Source of the DNA: Clostridiales bacterium
GTDB lineage: Bacteria > Bacillota > Clostridia > Christensenellales > Pumilibacteraceae
DNA length: 64,000 bases
Assembly: GCA_022508425.1 (NCBI GenBank)
Contig: JAFLVF010000001.1
Location: 11,440 to 75,439 of the forward strand
Direction: 5' to 3'
The translations under genes were made by a program, and so were the position numbers. The notes under the pieces are model-generated. The model was not told where the DNA came from, ran no database searches, and saw nothing but the letters and a program-made list of their open reading frames with translations. This document shows positions 38,125 through 48,466 of the stretch, in pieces. The stretch's first letter is position 1; every line of letters begins with the position of its first letter.

Positions 38125-39228
38125 ATGGATAGTATGTCGCTCGAATATCTGATTGCGACGAGGCGCAAATTGCACGCGCTCGCCGAGCTTTCAGGCGAAG
38201 AGTATAAAACTTCGGCGTTTATTTTCGACGAGCTTAAGTCTTTTGGCTACAAGCCGAAGAAGATAGCTACGGGCGTGTACTGCGACGTGGGCAAGGGCTC
38301 GCACAGGCTGGCCTTTCGCGCCGACATCGACGCACTGCCCATCAAAGAGAAGATCGCCGTCACAGGCATGGGGGAATATGTAGGCAATTCGGCCATGCAC
38401 GCATGCGGACATGACGGCCATACCGCAAACCTACTCAACGTCGCGCGCATTCTCGCAAAAGAAAAGGCGGTCAAAACCCCGATCAGACTTATCTTCCAGT
38501 TCGGCGAAGAGGGGATTGGCGGCAGCGAGGTTATGATAGAGGGCGGCGTGCTCGACGGTGTGGACGAGATATACGCTCTGCATCTGTGCCCCGAGCTCGA
38601 CGTCGGCAAGATAGGGTATTGCTACGGCGGCATGTTTGCAGGGGCGTGTGAGTTTGACGTAAACGTATTCGGCACGGCGTCGCACTGCGCTATGAGAGAG
38701 CTGGGTGCGGACGCTATTTCCGCGTCGTTGCAAGTCGCAGAGGTAATCAACGGGGCGGCGGACAAGCTCGGGCTTCTACTCAATCTCGGTAAGATTGCGG
38801 GCGGCTCGGCGCGAAATATTGTCGCAGACGCGTGCAAGAGCGAATACACGGTGCGCTTTTACGACAGCGCAAAATGCGAGAAGTTTATGATCGACGCAGA
38901 GCGCGCACTGCTCGCTTCGGACGGTATGTTCGGCACGTCTCACAATCTCGACACGAAAGCGGTGTATCCGCCGCTCGTCAACAGCGCATTGTGCGTGGAC
39001 AAGGCAAGGCGTGCGGCCGGAGACAGAGCTGTCGAGACGGCGCCGCGGCTGACTGCCGAGGATTTTTCCAACTATCTGTTGCGCGTTCCCGGTTGCATGG
39101 TGTGGCTGGGCGTAAAGGAAGAAGGACACGACAAGCCGCTCCACAGCGACGAGTTTTCGTTCGACGAGCGCGCGCTCATTGCGGGCACCGAATATTTTAT
39201 GAATCTTATCGGCTTGCACGATAATTAA
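38125..39228 (+). CDS. M20-family amidohydrolase, probably N-acetyl-diaminopimelate deacetylase
   Basis: RADIDALP, MHACGHDGH, FQFGEEG, ALH, AEDFS, LHS; divergent from asd-dapA-dapB. TTGAAA-17-TATAAT-6-ATG start at 38125. Confidence 0.85.
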   Translation: MDSMSLEYLIATRRKLHALAELSGEEYKTSAFIFDELKSFGYKPKKIATGVYCDVGKGSHRLAFRADIDALPIKEKIAVTGMGEYVGNSAMHACGHDGHTANLLNVARILAKEKAVKTPIRLIFQFGEEGIGGSEVMIEGGVLDGVDEIYALHLCPELDVGKIGYCYGGMFAGACEFDVNVFGTASHCAMRELGADAISASLQVAEVINGAADKLGLLLNLGKIAGGSARNIVADACKSEYTVRFYDSAKCEKFMIDAERALLASDGMFGTSHNLDTKAVYPPLVNSALCVDKARRAAGDRAVETAPRLTAEDFSNYLLRVPGCMVWLGVKEEGHDKPLHSDEFSFDERALIAGTEYFMNLIGLHDN

Positions 39229-39237
39229 GGAGAGCTT

Positions 39238-40599
39238 ATGGCGAAGGACGGGCCTACGGGCAAGAAAAAGAAACAGGGAATAGTTCAGCGAATGATGTTC
39301 GGCAACGATCAAAAGCCTGACCTCACTCCCGAACAAATGAATATGACGGCGATGGAGACGTTTAGCTATCTGTTCTTCCACCGCTTCGGAACGATGGCGG
39401 CAATCAGTTTGTTAGCCTCGATTTTCGCCATTCCGCTCATTGTCGTAATGGTGCTGTTCCAAATGAATATCACAATCAACAACGGATTTATCCCGTTCTC
39501 TTCAAACCTCGGCATAGGGTATCCCGTGGTCGTCGACGCGGCGCAGATAGGCGCGGAAACGCTGTTGACATACAAGACGATGGAATGCCTCGTGCTAGTG
39601 CCGTGTATCGCGGTGTTCGCCCTCGGCATAGCGGGCAACCTGTATGTTATACGCAAGCTTATTTGGGAAGAGCCGACATCTACGGTCAAGGATTTCTTCC
39701 GTGGCATCAAAAAGTGCTGGCTGGGCGCGTTTGTCACCGGCATGGTTGTCGGATTTGCCATACTGCTTCTCATGTTTACAATCTACTATTTCGACACATA
39801 CGCGTTCTCGAAAGGCATAAAAGGGCTGTGCATCGCGTTGGCGGTGATATTGCTCGTATTGATTTCGCTTGTGTCGGCGTTTGTCATAACGCAAAACGCC
39901 GCATTCAAAATGAAACCGCTCGTTCTGATCCGCAACTCGATATTGTTCGTCGTGGGCACAAATCTTCTGTCCGTAATCTTTATCGGCATAGCCGTAGCGC
40001 CCACATTCTTGTTCTTGATACCCGGCGCGACGGTGATTATCGGAATACTGTACGCCATGTTCGGCCTGTCGTTTACCACGCTCGTAATATCGGTGTATTG
40101 CCATTCGTGCTACAAACGCTACTTGTACGACAAGATCGACGGCAAGCCGGTGTCGGCAATCTATCAAAAGCGGCTTAGCGCGGTCGAAGAACAACGCGCC
40201 GCCGAGGAAAAAGACGAGGACAACGCGCAAAAGAAAAAGGGTCCCGTCCCTTACAAAAACCCCAAGAAGCGCAAGAAATCCATCGACGAGGGCGCGTCCA
40301 TCACTCCGCTTGCACCCACGTTTAGGCGCGAGGATCTCGAACGGCTCGAGAAAGAACACCGCGATGTTTTGCGCGAGTCCGCGGACGACGAATTGGGCGA
40401 AATAGATGACGACTTACCCGTTCAAGACGGAGAGGTCGCGCCCGATTCCGACGAAACACCCGACGTCCACGACAGTGTGAGCGAGCATAACGACGGTATG
40501 AGTGACGAAGAGGCCGCGGAGAAAATAGACGGGGACGAGGACGAGGCCGCGGACGACGGTGAATTTGCCGAGCTTACAGACGCGGAGAAGTGGCTTTGA
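39238..40599 (+). CDS. Membrane protein (YesL/DUF624-like) with long acidic tail
   Basis: About 6 TM helices, YVIRKLIWEE...DFFRGIKKCW, then a Lys-rich and an Asp/Glu-rich tail. Confidence 0.6.
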   Translation: MAKDGPTGKKKKQGIVQRMMFGNDQKPDLTPEQMNMTAMETFSYLFFHRFGTMAAISLLASIFAIPLIVVMVLFQMNITINNGFIPFSSNLGIGYPVVVDAAQIGAETLLTYKTMECLVLVPCIAVFALGIAGNLYVIRKLIWEEPTSTVKDFFRGIKKCWLGAFVTGMVVGFAILLLMFTIYYFDTYAFSKGIKGLCIALAVILLVLISLVSAFVITQNAAFKMKPLVLIRNSILFVVGTNLLSVIFIGIAVAPTFLFLIPGATVIIGILYAMFGLSFTTLVISVYCHSCYKRYLYDKIDGKPVSAIYQKRLSAVEEQRAAEEKDEDNAQKKKGPVPYKNPKKRKKSIDEGASITPLAPTFRREDLERLEKEHRDVLRESADDELGEIDDDLPVQDGEVAPDSDETPDVHDSVSEHNDGMSDEEAAEKIDGDEDEAADDGEFAELTDAEKWL

Positions 40600-42626
40600 T
40601 AACAAATTTTCGAAACGACAAAATAACCGAATACATGAAAGCTAAGTTTATCGAGGCTTTCCGCGACGAGGATTACGAAAAGGCGATAGACTATCTGCTC
40701 AAGTATTCGGAGTTTACCGATTATCCCCAATTTCACCTTGCTATGGGTGTGCTGTACAACATGATGACGCAGGACAGCGACGACGTTGACCTGTGCTATT
40801 TGGCGTACCGAGAATTTCTTATGCACATTCGCCGCTTTCCGAAATGCGAAGCGGCATACCGCGGATTGCTCGCCGCAGAATATCTTAGGCACGATTATCC
40901 GGACGTGGAGGAGTACCGCAGGTGGTTTTCTAAGCGCGGAATGAACGTGACCGAGATATTCAAGGCGCTGTCGAAGGCCGGACTCGTGTTCCAGATGCCC
41001 GACGATCCGATAGATCTGTACGAGCTTCTTTTGCCGGGCGAGCTGGGCGCTCTCGACCCACTGCAACCTAACGCTCAAGACAAGGATGCGCAGCCGCAGT
41101 CCGAACGAAAATCAAAGATAATCAGATTCGACGGCGGCGTGAAAAACACCGTAAACGCAGAAAGAGTAGAAAAACCGAGCTCTAAGAACAACAAAATCGT
41201 CAGCTTCGACGATATAGACGACAAAGACGACGAAACGTTTTCGATTGCTTTCGACGGCGAGGAAGAATTGGACGACGAAACGCGCACCATGCTCGACGAC
41301 TTTATACAGTTTGTTACGAGGAACGAGCCGGCCGACGGCGAGAGTTACGAAGAGAGCAAGAGCGTAGACGATACCATACTCGACCTTATAGAGAGCGAAG
41401 CCGACGATACGCGCTATGACATAATCAGGCTTGCGAGCGAGAAGTACGACAAGCGCGACTATGAGGGCGCGCTCAACATTCTGTCCAGAGTGTCGGCAAA
41501 GGACCCGCAATATTATTTCGCGCTGACGCTTCGCGGTGTAGTGCTGTTGGAGCGGGCGGAAGGCGACGATATGGCGCAGGCGCTCAACGTGCTTCACGAG
41601 GCGCTTGAGCTAAAGCCGGGCGGCGCTTTGGCGAGCACGCTGTTATGCCAGGCGTACGAGAACAGCGGGAAATATAATCTCATTCCCGGCGTTCTCAAAG
41701 AAATAGACAACGCCGATTTTGTCAACAGCGCGCATGTGTTCAAGGCGTTCGAGCTCGCGCACGAGTATTGCACTCCGAGCGACGCGATGCGCCTTACCGA
41801 GCAGTATATCGACGAATACAACCTGATGGATATGCGCCTCATTTACGCGCTGATGTCGTATAACAACGGGGACAGGGAGCAAGCTACCAAGGAACTATAC
41901 GCGCTTTCGCGCGTCAACTACGACGATTTGCATTTTAACTTTTTCTATCTTTTGGCAAAAACAGGCACGGCGGACAAACTTCCCGTGGATTTGGAAGCGC
42001 CGCAAGAGGTGCTGGCGGCAATTGTAGAAAGAATAATGTCGGCGATAGAGGATAGCGACGTGCCCAACGACATCCTTGTCGACAGCGATTTATTTACTTC
42101 GGGTTTGGAGTTCTTCTTTACGCTCGAATTCAAGAACAGCAAAAAGACGCTCATCCGCATGTTCGACACCTTGGCTAAGATAGCGGCGAACCCGGTATTC
42201 GACGAGCGTGCGCGCGACGCGCTAGTATCGCCTTATGCCGAGCCCATAGTAAAAGGCGTCATACTTGCCGAGCTGTTTTCGCGCGATAACAACACGAGCT
42301 TCCTACTGCACGTCAACAACAAGCATTATTCCGACGATACGGTAGAAACAATCGGGGCGGGGTATAGCGACGGTGTTTACCGCGCGTACGGAATGTTGCT
42401 TGCCCTTTGCCCGAGCGCGGCGCAGAACGTGACATATATATCGGACAAACTCGCCGCAGTAAAAGACGCACTCGAGTTACGCGAGCGGGATATTCAATAT
42501 TATATCGTCAAGCGCACACTAAAAGATCGCGGCATTTCGCTCGACTACCGCTTGGCGTATGCGACGGGATTTCGCGCAAAATCGGAGGCCGACCGCATTT
42601 ATTCGGCAATAGACAAGAAACTTTGA
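40590..42626 (+). CDS. TPR-like alpha-helical repeat protein
   Basis: DYEKAIDYL, DYEGALNIL...YYFALTLRGVVL, ALNVLHEALELKP patterns; overlaps the upstream stop. Confidence 0.65.
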   Translation: MALITNFRNDKITEYMKAKFIEAFRDEDYEKAIDYLLKYSEFTDYPQFHLAMGVLYNMMTQDSDDVDLCYLAYREFLMHIRRFPKCEAAYRGLLAAEYLRHDYPDVEEYRRWFSKRGMNVTEIFKALSKAGLVFQMPDDPIDLYELLLPGELGALDPLQPNAQDKDAQPQSERKSKIIRFDGGVKNTVNAERVEKPSSKNNKIVSFDDIDDKDDETFSIAFDGEEELDDETRTMLDDFIQFVTRNEPADGESYEESKSVDDTILDLIESEADDTRYDIIRLASEKYDKRDYEGALNILSRVSAKDPQYYFALTLRGVVLLERAEGDDMAQALNVLHEALELKPGGALASTLLCQAYENSGKYNLIPGVLKEIDNADFVNSAHVFKAFELAHEYCTPSDAMRLTEQYIDEYNLMDMRLIYALMSYNNGDREQATKELYALSRVNYDDLHFNFFYLLAKTGTADKLPVDLEAPQEVLAAIVERIMSAIEDSDVPNDILVDSDLFTSGLEFFFTLEFKNSKKTLIRMFDTLAKIAANPVFDERARDALVSPYAEPIVKGVILAELFSRDNNTSFLLHVNNKHYSDDTVETIGAGYSDGVYRAYGMLLALCPSAAQNVTYISDKLAAVKDALELRERDIQYYIVKRTLKDRGISLDYRLAYATGFRAKSEADRIYSAIDKKL

Positions 42627-42635
42627 GGTGATACT

Positions 42636-43478
42636 GTGACGGAGATTAAAGAAACTTATTACATCGACTTTGACAAACTTTTCGAGAACTACGCCGACAA
42701 ATATTACAACGAGCACGAGAGCGAGTACGAAGCGCCTGACGACTTTGCTTACGACCTCGACAAGGTGTACAATCTGTGGGCGACCTCGCCGCAGGACGTT
42801 CTCGGCGGACTGTCGCCGACCGAGTTTTTTGACGGCATTCCGACAGCCGATTTGCCCGATATACTGAAGGGCGCGTGCGCCGGCGACGGCAATCCGTCGT
42901 CGCTGTTGTTCGACCGCATCGCACGGGAACGGTCTCTGATGGGCGAGCTTTGCGAAATCGCGCGGGCGTCTTCGGACAATAAGCTATTGGATGTTGTGTT
43001 CAGCCTGCTCGAAGAAATGGGCGGCGCCGATAATGCGTTCTATTTGGAAATGATAGTCAGAGCGGATATCGAAACGGAAACGAAAGAGCACTGCTTGGAG
43101 CCGTTGTGCGACAGAGTCGCAAGCGACGAATCTTTGCGCGACGAGATTTTGGAGCGCACTTCGCATACCGAAGACATCAACATATTGGAGTTGTACGCCG
43201 AAGTTTTGTCATTTGCGCCGTCGGGCAACGACAAGATATTGGAGCTGTTGAGAATGCTTCTCGGCGTCGACGCCAACACCGCGTACATAGCCGCGCTCAT
43301 GGGGCGGTACGGCGACGACCGTGCGGCAACCGATTTGTATTCCTTGCTCGACGATTGCACTTATGCGACGTTTATCGAGGTGCGAAACGCGATAGAGGCC
43401 TTGGGCGGCACCGTAGACGATCACTACAGAGATTTCTCCGACGATCCGACGTACAAAGCACTGAAGAATTTGAAATAA
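42636..43478 (+). CDS. Hypothetical acidic HEAT-repeat-like protein
   Basis: GAGGTG RBS with GTG start; helical repeats (YIAALMGRYGDDRAATDL, EVRNAIEALGG). Confidence 0.6.
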   Translation: MTEIKETYYIDFDKLFENYADKYYNEHESEYEAPDDFAYDLDKVYNLWATSPQDVLGGLSPTEFFDGIPTADLPDILKGACAGDGNPSSLLFDRIARERSLMGELCEIARASSDNKLLDVVFSLLEEMGGADNAFYLEMIVRADIETETKEHCLEPLCDRVASDESLRDEILERTSHTEDINILELYAEVLSFAPSGNDKILELLRMLLGVDANTAYIAALMGRYGDDRAATDLYSLLDDCTYATFIEVRNAIEALGGTVDDHYRDFSDDPTYKALKNLK

Positions 43479-43492
43479 AAGCAAAATGCAAC

Positions 43493-43525
43493 AAGCGCGG
43501 GCTGAAATATATGCTCGCGCTTTTT
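43493..43525 (+). terminator. Intrinsic terminator
   Basis: aagcgcgggc/gctcgcgctt stem plus T-tract. Confidence 0.6.
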
Positions 43526-43563
43526 ATGACATGCGGACGGCTTCGTCGGCATAATAATAAATT

Positions 43564-44610
43564 ATGTTCAAGTCGTTTGTTCGCGCCATGTCGGTATCCA
43601 TGCTCATCGTAGGAACGATTATCGGCGCCGGCTTTGCGTCGGGCAGAGAGGTCGTCGCCTTCTTCGGCGCAACGCCTAATATGTTTATCGCGCTAATCAC
43701 GGGCGTGCTGGTATTCGGGTGCTCGACGCTGTTTCTGTTTGTAGGGCGGAGGGTGAGAAAGACCGATATAGGCGAAGTGAACAGCGAAATTTTCGGTAAG
43801 TTTCGCCCGATAGCCGACCTTATGATACTGCTAAACTCGATGACCGTGCTCGGCGCAATGCTTGCCGCTACAGACAGCCTTGCCGCAGAGTTTATTGACC
43901 TTAGGCCGTTGCCGTCCATTGTGCTCGGGCTATTGTGCGCGGGAATAGCTATCAAGGGAATCAAGGGCGTAATCAAGGCCAACGCAGTGCTTGTGCCGCT
44001 CATGATTATAGTGCTCGGCGTAAGCTGTATACTTGCTATCGAATTTCCGTTCACACCGCAGACGGCGGTCATCAAGCCGTACTCCGTGGTGCTGTACGTA
44101 GCGATGAATATGCTGCTAAGCGGCGGAGTGCTTACCACAGTGCACGACATATCGCCGCGTGAGATACTGCTGTCGTCGGCGGTCGCCGCGATTGTGATTG
44201 CCGGACTGTTGCTTCTCATTATGGGCGCGCTCGGTTCGTGCAGTGCGGCGCACGCCGATATGCCGATGCTGTTAATCGCTCTAAAGAGCGGTAAAAGAAT
44301 GTATTTTGCAACGTTACCTATTATCGTCGCGTCGGTGTTTACGACAATGCTGTCTGCGTTTAAGTCGGTGTACGACTACGTGCGGACGTTTGTCAAGCAT
44401 AATGTGATTTCTGCCGGGCTTGTGCTGATTGCCGGGCTGTTTGTCGGCGCGTTCGGCTTTTCCAACGTCGTCGGCAGAATGTACCCGATAATCGGCGGGA
44501 TAGGGCTTGTGTACATAGCGGCAAACGCCGTGTTCTTGGTAAAAACGCGCGTCAAGCGCGACGTAAAGCGCAAAGCAAAACGCCTGAAATCCAAAATAGT
44601 CAGAACGTAA
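43564..44610 (+). CDS. YkvI-family membrane protein
   Basis: GTIIGAGFASGREVVAFFG N-terminal motif, about 10 TM helices, GFSNVVGRMYPIIG. Confidence 0.85.
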   Translation: MFKSFVRAMSVSMLIVGTIIGAGFASGREVVAFFGATPNMFIALITGVLVFGCSTLFLFVGRRVRKTDIGEVNSEIFGKFRPIADLMILLNSMTVLGAMLAATDSLAAEFIDLRPLPSIVLGLLCAGIAIKGIKGVIKANAVLVPLMIIVLGVSCILAIEFPFTPQTAVIKPYSVVLYVAMNMLLSGGVLTTVHDISPREILLSSAVAAIVIAGLLLLIMGALGSCSAAHADMPMLLIALKSGKRMYFATLPIIVASVFTTMLSAFKSVYDYVRTFVKHNVISAGLVLIAGLFVGAFGFSNVVGRMYPIIGGIGLVYIAANAVFLVKTRVKRDVKRKAKRLKSKIVRT

Positions 44611-44614
44611 ATTT

Positions 44615-44815
44615 TCAATCGGGAATGCCGAACAGTGCGTTTGGCGTAACCCCGAATTTCTCGTAAATCATCAAAATACTGTCGTATCCCGGCTTCTTTT
44701 TGCCAAGCAACCACTGACTTACGGTAGTTTGATTTACCCCAAGTATATCCGCCAATTTCTGTTGGCTGAGCTCATGGTCGATCATGAGCTGTTTTATCGC
44801 GTCTTGATACGGCAT
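44615..44815 (-). CDS. XRE-family HTH regulator (66 aa)
   Basis: LSQQKLADILGVNQTTVSQWLLGKKKP; start 6 nt after TATAAT, no SD. Confidence 0.88.
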   Translation of the reverse strand: MPYQDAIKQLMIDHELSQQKLADILGVNQTTVSQWLLGKKKPGYDSILMIYEKFGVTPNALFGIPD

Positions 44816-44836
44816 ATCAAGATTATACCCATCTTT

Positions 44837-44878
44837 TAGGTCAAAAGTCTTGACATAGGTCAAAAGACCTAATATAAT
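44837..44878 (+). promoter_or_regulatory. Consensus sigmaA promoter with operator
   Basis: TTGACA 44850-55, 17 bp, TATAAT 44873-78; palindrome TAGGTC-AAAA-GACCTA fills the spacer; a second TAGGTCAAAAG copy at 44837-47. Confidence 0.85.
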
Positions 44879-44909
44879 ACAGATGAATTTGCCACAAGAG
44901 GGTAGGAAT

Positions 44910-47738
44910 ATGAAACGAAAGCTTACTACAATACTAATTGCACTTGTAGCGGTAATCGCTTGCGCACTGTGTCTCGTCGCGTGCGGTGGAAGAGGCAGTG
45001 GCAGTGGCAGTGACGGCAACGGCAATAACAATAACAACAACAATAATAATAACGCTACGGTAGTCGGAACATATTATTTGTATTATAACGAAAACCTCGA
45101 CGATTCGTTGTATTATGTCTTTAGAAACAATAGATGGACTGATGCTGATGACTTGACCGGCAGATATGCAGTCAACGGCAATAAACTTTCGCTTTACATG
45201 GAAGTTTTCGGCGAAGATGAATTGTATGATACGGGTACTGTCAACGGCGACGATATTTCAATGAGCGACGGCACTGTGTTTCGCAAGGGCGAAGATTTGT
45301 CAAGTAAGCCTAAACGGTTAGCCTATGAATTGAGCGAAGACGAATTGCACTATATTGTGACAGGTATAGGCACGGAGGACGGCGACGTTGTCGTTCCCGA
45401 AACATATAGACAAATCCCTGTAACAGAAATAGATTATCGTGCTTTCCAAAGATGCACGAGATTGACGAGCATAGAAATCCCCGAATCGGTAACGGTACTG
45501 GGCGGACAAGCGTTTTCTAATTGCACAAATCTAACTGAAGTAAAAATATACGGAAAAATAACAGAGCTTCCAGAGAGTATTTTCGAAGGATGCACACGGC
45601 TTGTCGATATTACTTTGCCCGAAACGCTGATTAGTATAGACTGGCACGCTTTCACCGATTGCGATGCCGTGAAAAATGTTTTTTATTTGGGTACGCCGTC
45701 GCAATGGGCGTCCATAAATTTCGATGTATCACATCGCGATAATGCGCTTAGCAACTATATACCTTATTTTTCAAATCCTATATCGGGTTATGACCGCAGA
45801 TTGATTATAGATGGACAAACATTGGAAGATGCGTATATCGATACAAATACGGTTAGCGCGGATGCATTTTACAACTATCAGTTCTTAAAGAGCGTAACGC
45901 TCGGCACACAGACCTATAGTGTTGAAGGCTATGCTTTTGCACTCTGTAGTAACCTTAAAACCATGTCTATTGAGTCTGTGTCTTGGATAGCGGAACATGC
46001 ATTTGAATCTACCGGCATTACTGCCGTGCAGATGAACTCCGGTATTATAGGAGAAAGTGCTTTTGACGGCTGTATATCCTTAACAGCTGTAGAATTGAAA
46101 AGCGTAACCGTAATAGGAGAAAGTGCTTTTAGCCGTTGCTTAGCGTTGTCAAATGTATCGCTGGGTGATGCCGTCACAGAAATAAGCGATAATGCCTTTT
46201 CGCATTGCAGTGCAATGACCCAAATTACCATTCCGGAATCGGTAATGTCCATTGGGAAATACGCCTTTAACGATACAGGACTTACCGAAGTGACTTTTGA
46301 AAACACCGTAGATTGGATGATTAACAAGAATGGAAAATTTTTGGAAGTCGGAAGTCAAAATTTGGCTGTAGAATCAAGTGCGGCAAAATGGTTATCTAAG
46401 GGTGACAATGATAATGGTTATACGGCATATCCGTGGAATGTGAATGTTTTAGAGTTTGTGCTCAATAGTGATAATGTTTCTTATACTGCCAAAAGAGTTG
46501 CAAATAAAACACCCGTTCGCGTTACTATCCCAACCGAATATAAAGACTTACCGGTTACTCGTGCGGAATTAAATTACAGTGGTATTGTAGTCATTTATTG
46601 CCAAGCCGAATCAAGTTCGGAGCTGTCAATAACCGCAAGTCGCAATTGCCCGATAATTTGGAATTGTGACAGTAACGATAAAGATATAAATGGTTATGCA
46701 TACAAGATAGTAGGTGAGGTCTTATATGCTCTGAAAGACAATCAAGCAATTGTTAAGCACGCCAATGCAAGTCTTAGCGGCGCTTTGACAATTCCGTCGA
46801 AGCTTACATATAAGGAGAAAGATTACGCCGTTACTACAATAAATGATGGCGTGTTTGCAAATAATAATAACTTGACAAGCATAGTTATCCCGAGTAGTGT
46901 TACAAATATCGGTAGCAATGTATTCTCTAATTGTAGTGCTCTAACTATATATTGTGAGGTGTCAATCAAACCGAGTGGATGGAGTAGTAGCTGGAATTCT
47001 TCATGTGTCGTAATATGGAATTGCAGGAAAAATGATAAAAGTAACAGTGGATATGCGTATATCGCCATAAATGGCATAAGATACAGGCTGAAAGATGGTG
47101 AGGCTTCTGTAATTAGTCAGCCCACGAATATTAGTGGATCAATTAAACTTTTGACAAGTATATTATATAAAGGCTCAACAAACAGCGTGACGAGCATTGG
47201 TAGTGAGGCATTCCGCAATTGCAGTAGTTTAACGAGTGTAGTAATACCGAACAGCGTGACGAGTATTGGTAGTGAGGCATTCCGCGATTGCAGTAGTTTA
47301 ACGAGTGTGGCGATAGGAGACAGCGTGACGAGTATTGGTGAATATGCTTTCTTCGCATGTATTAACTTAACGAGCGTGACGATAGGAAATAATGTAACGA
47401 TTATCGGAAAGGATGCATTCTCCAATTGCAGCAGTCTAACGAGCATAACGATACCGAACAGCGTGACGAGTATCGGTAGTTATGCCTTCTCCAGTTGCAG
47501 TGGTTTGACAAGCGTGACGATAGGAAATAATGTAACGAGTATCGGGAGTCGTGCATTCTCCTTTTGCAGTAAATTAACGAGTATAGAGATACCGAACAGT
47601 GTGACGAGTATCGAAAAATGGGCATTCAGTGGTTGCAGCGATTTAACGATATATTGCGAAGCGGCAAGCAAGCCGAGCGGTTGGGATAGTGGCTGGAATG
47701 ATAATTGCCCCGTCATATGGGATTACAAAAATAAATAA
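44910..47738 (+). CDS. BspA-like leucine-rich-repeat (LRR_5) surface lipoprotein
   Basis: Lipobox LVAC, Gly/Ser and poly-Asn linker, many 23-aa xxIPxSVTSIGxxAFxxCxxLT repeats, repeated IYCE...W...CPVIW caps. Confidence 0.92.
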   Translation: MKRKLTTILIALVAVIACALCLVACGGRGSGSGSDGNGNNNNNNNNNNATVVGTYYLYYNENLDDSLYYVFRNNRWTDADDLTGRYAVNGNKLSLYMEVFGEDELYDTGTVNGDDISMSDGTVFRKGEDLSSKPKRLAYELSEDELHYIVTGIGTEDGDVVVPETYRQIPVTEIDYRAFQRCTRLTSIEIPESVTVLGGQAFSNCTNLTEVKIYGKITELPESIFEGCTRLVDITLPETLISIDWHAFTDCDAVKNVFYLGTPSQWASINFDVSHRDNALSNYIPYFSNPISGYDRRLIIDGQTLEDAYIDTNTVSADAFYNYQFLKSVTLGTQTYSVEGYAFALCSNLKTMSIESVSWIAEHAFESTGITAVQMNSGIIGESAFDGCISLTAVELKSVTVIGESAFSRCLALSNVSLGDAVTEISDNAFSHCSAMTQITIPESVMSIGKYAFNDTGLTEVTFENTVDWMINKNGKFLEVGSQNLAVESSAAKWLSKGDNDNGYTAYPWNVNVLEFVLNSDNVSYTAKRVANKTPVRVTIPTEYKDLPVTRAELNYSGIVVIYCQAESSSELSITASRNCPIIWNCDSNDKDINGYAYKIVGEVLYALKDNQAIVKHANASLSGALTIPSKLTYKEKDYAVTTINDGVFANNNNLTSIVIPSSVTNIGSNVFSNCSALTIYCEVSIKPSGWSSSWNSSCVVIWNCRKNDKSNSGYAYIAINGIRYRLKDGEASVISQPTNISGSIKLLTSILYKGSTNSVTSIGSEAFRNCSSLTSVVIPNSVTSIGSEAFRDCSSLTSVAIGDSVTSIGEYAFFACINLTSVTIGNNVTIIGKDAFSNCSSLTSITIPNSVTSIGSYAFSSCSGLTSVTIGNNVTSIGSRAFSFCSKLTSIEIPNSVTSIEKWAFSGCSDLTIYCEAASKPSGWDSGWNDNCPVIWDYKNK
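47181..47650 (+). repeat. 69-bp-period coding tandem repeats (LRR units)
   Basis: Near-identical units start at 47181 and 47250; gcgtgacgataggaaataatgtaacga recurs 138 bp apart (47374, 47512). Confidence 0.85.
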
Positions 47739-47755
47739 TTAAATACAAAGGAGGA

Positions 47756-48409
47756 ATGGATATGACTAATCCGATAGAACAACAGCAAGTGCGGCTGATG
47801 ACGTTGATGACCAATTACAAGGTCGCAAACAATCAATGCAAAATGCTGCCGAAAATAAGTAAATCGCTTATTGTCGCCATACTGAGTTTCGTTGCGGCAG
47901 TATTAAGTTTGATTTTTGGGTGCTTGTGTTTCAGCAAAAATAAATTGTTCAATTACATTATTACAGGCATTATCATACTGCTTTTCATAGCGATTTTATT
48001 ATTACAGCTAATGGATTATTTCCATTGTTGTGAAAAGCGTCTGAACAAACGTTTGGAGCAAGAAGAAAAAAGAATGACAGTAAAGTATAGGTGCGAAGTC
48101 ATTAAGCGCAGAGTGCGTAGGTTAAGAATCAGAAAAGAATTGATACAACAATTAAGCGAAAGTCAGAAAAATAACGAACGTGCGGTGACATACGAGGTAA
48201 TGACAGAAGAGGAATTGCTTGACGAATATGTCAAGGAGCATGGAATTGAGGAAAGTATTACAGTATATGAGAAGCATCTCGAAGTGCTCAATCAACTAAA
48301 TGCCGCATTGGAAAAGCGAGATAAATTGACAAAATGTGTGCTGTGGATACTTTCTGCTGTAGCTTTTGTGGTTTCTATAGTTTACATAAGCATAAATAAC
48401 ATTCATTAA
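47756..48409 (+). CDS. Hypothetical membrane protein (AT-rich)
   Basis: AAGGAGG RBS; two N-terminal TM helices, a charged coiled-coil and a C-terminal TM helix. Confidence 0.6.
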   Translation: MDMTNPIEQQQVRLMTLMTNYKVANNQCKMLPKISKSLIVAILSFVAAVLSLIFGCLCFSKNKLFNYIITGIIILLFIAILLLQLMDYFHCCEKRLNKRLEQEEKRMTVKYRCEVIKRRVRRLRIRKELIQQLSESQKNNERAVTYEVMTEEELLDEYVKEHGIEESITVYEKHLEVLNQLNAALEKRDKLTKCVLWILSAVAFVVSIVYISINNIH

Positions 48410-48431
48410 GTAAATCAATAATACTTAACAC

Positions 48432-48456
48432 AAAAACCGCCTCTCGGCGGTTTTTT
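48432..48456. terminator. Bidirectional terminator
   Basis: aaaaaccgcc-tctc-ggcggttttt. Confidence 0.8.
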
Positions 48457-48466
48457 GAGTGCAATA

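Noticed and set aside
47181-47650. CRISPR array or DGR template/variable repeat
   Set aside because: The repeats are in-frame 69-bp LRR units with no unique spacers; differences are not adenine-specific; no cas or reverse transcriptase gene is in the window.
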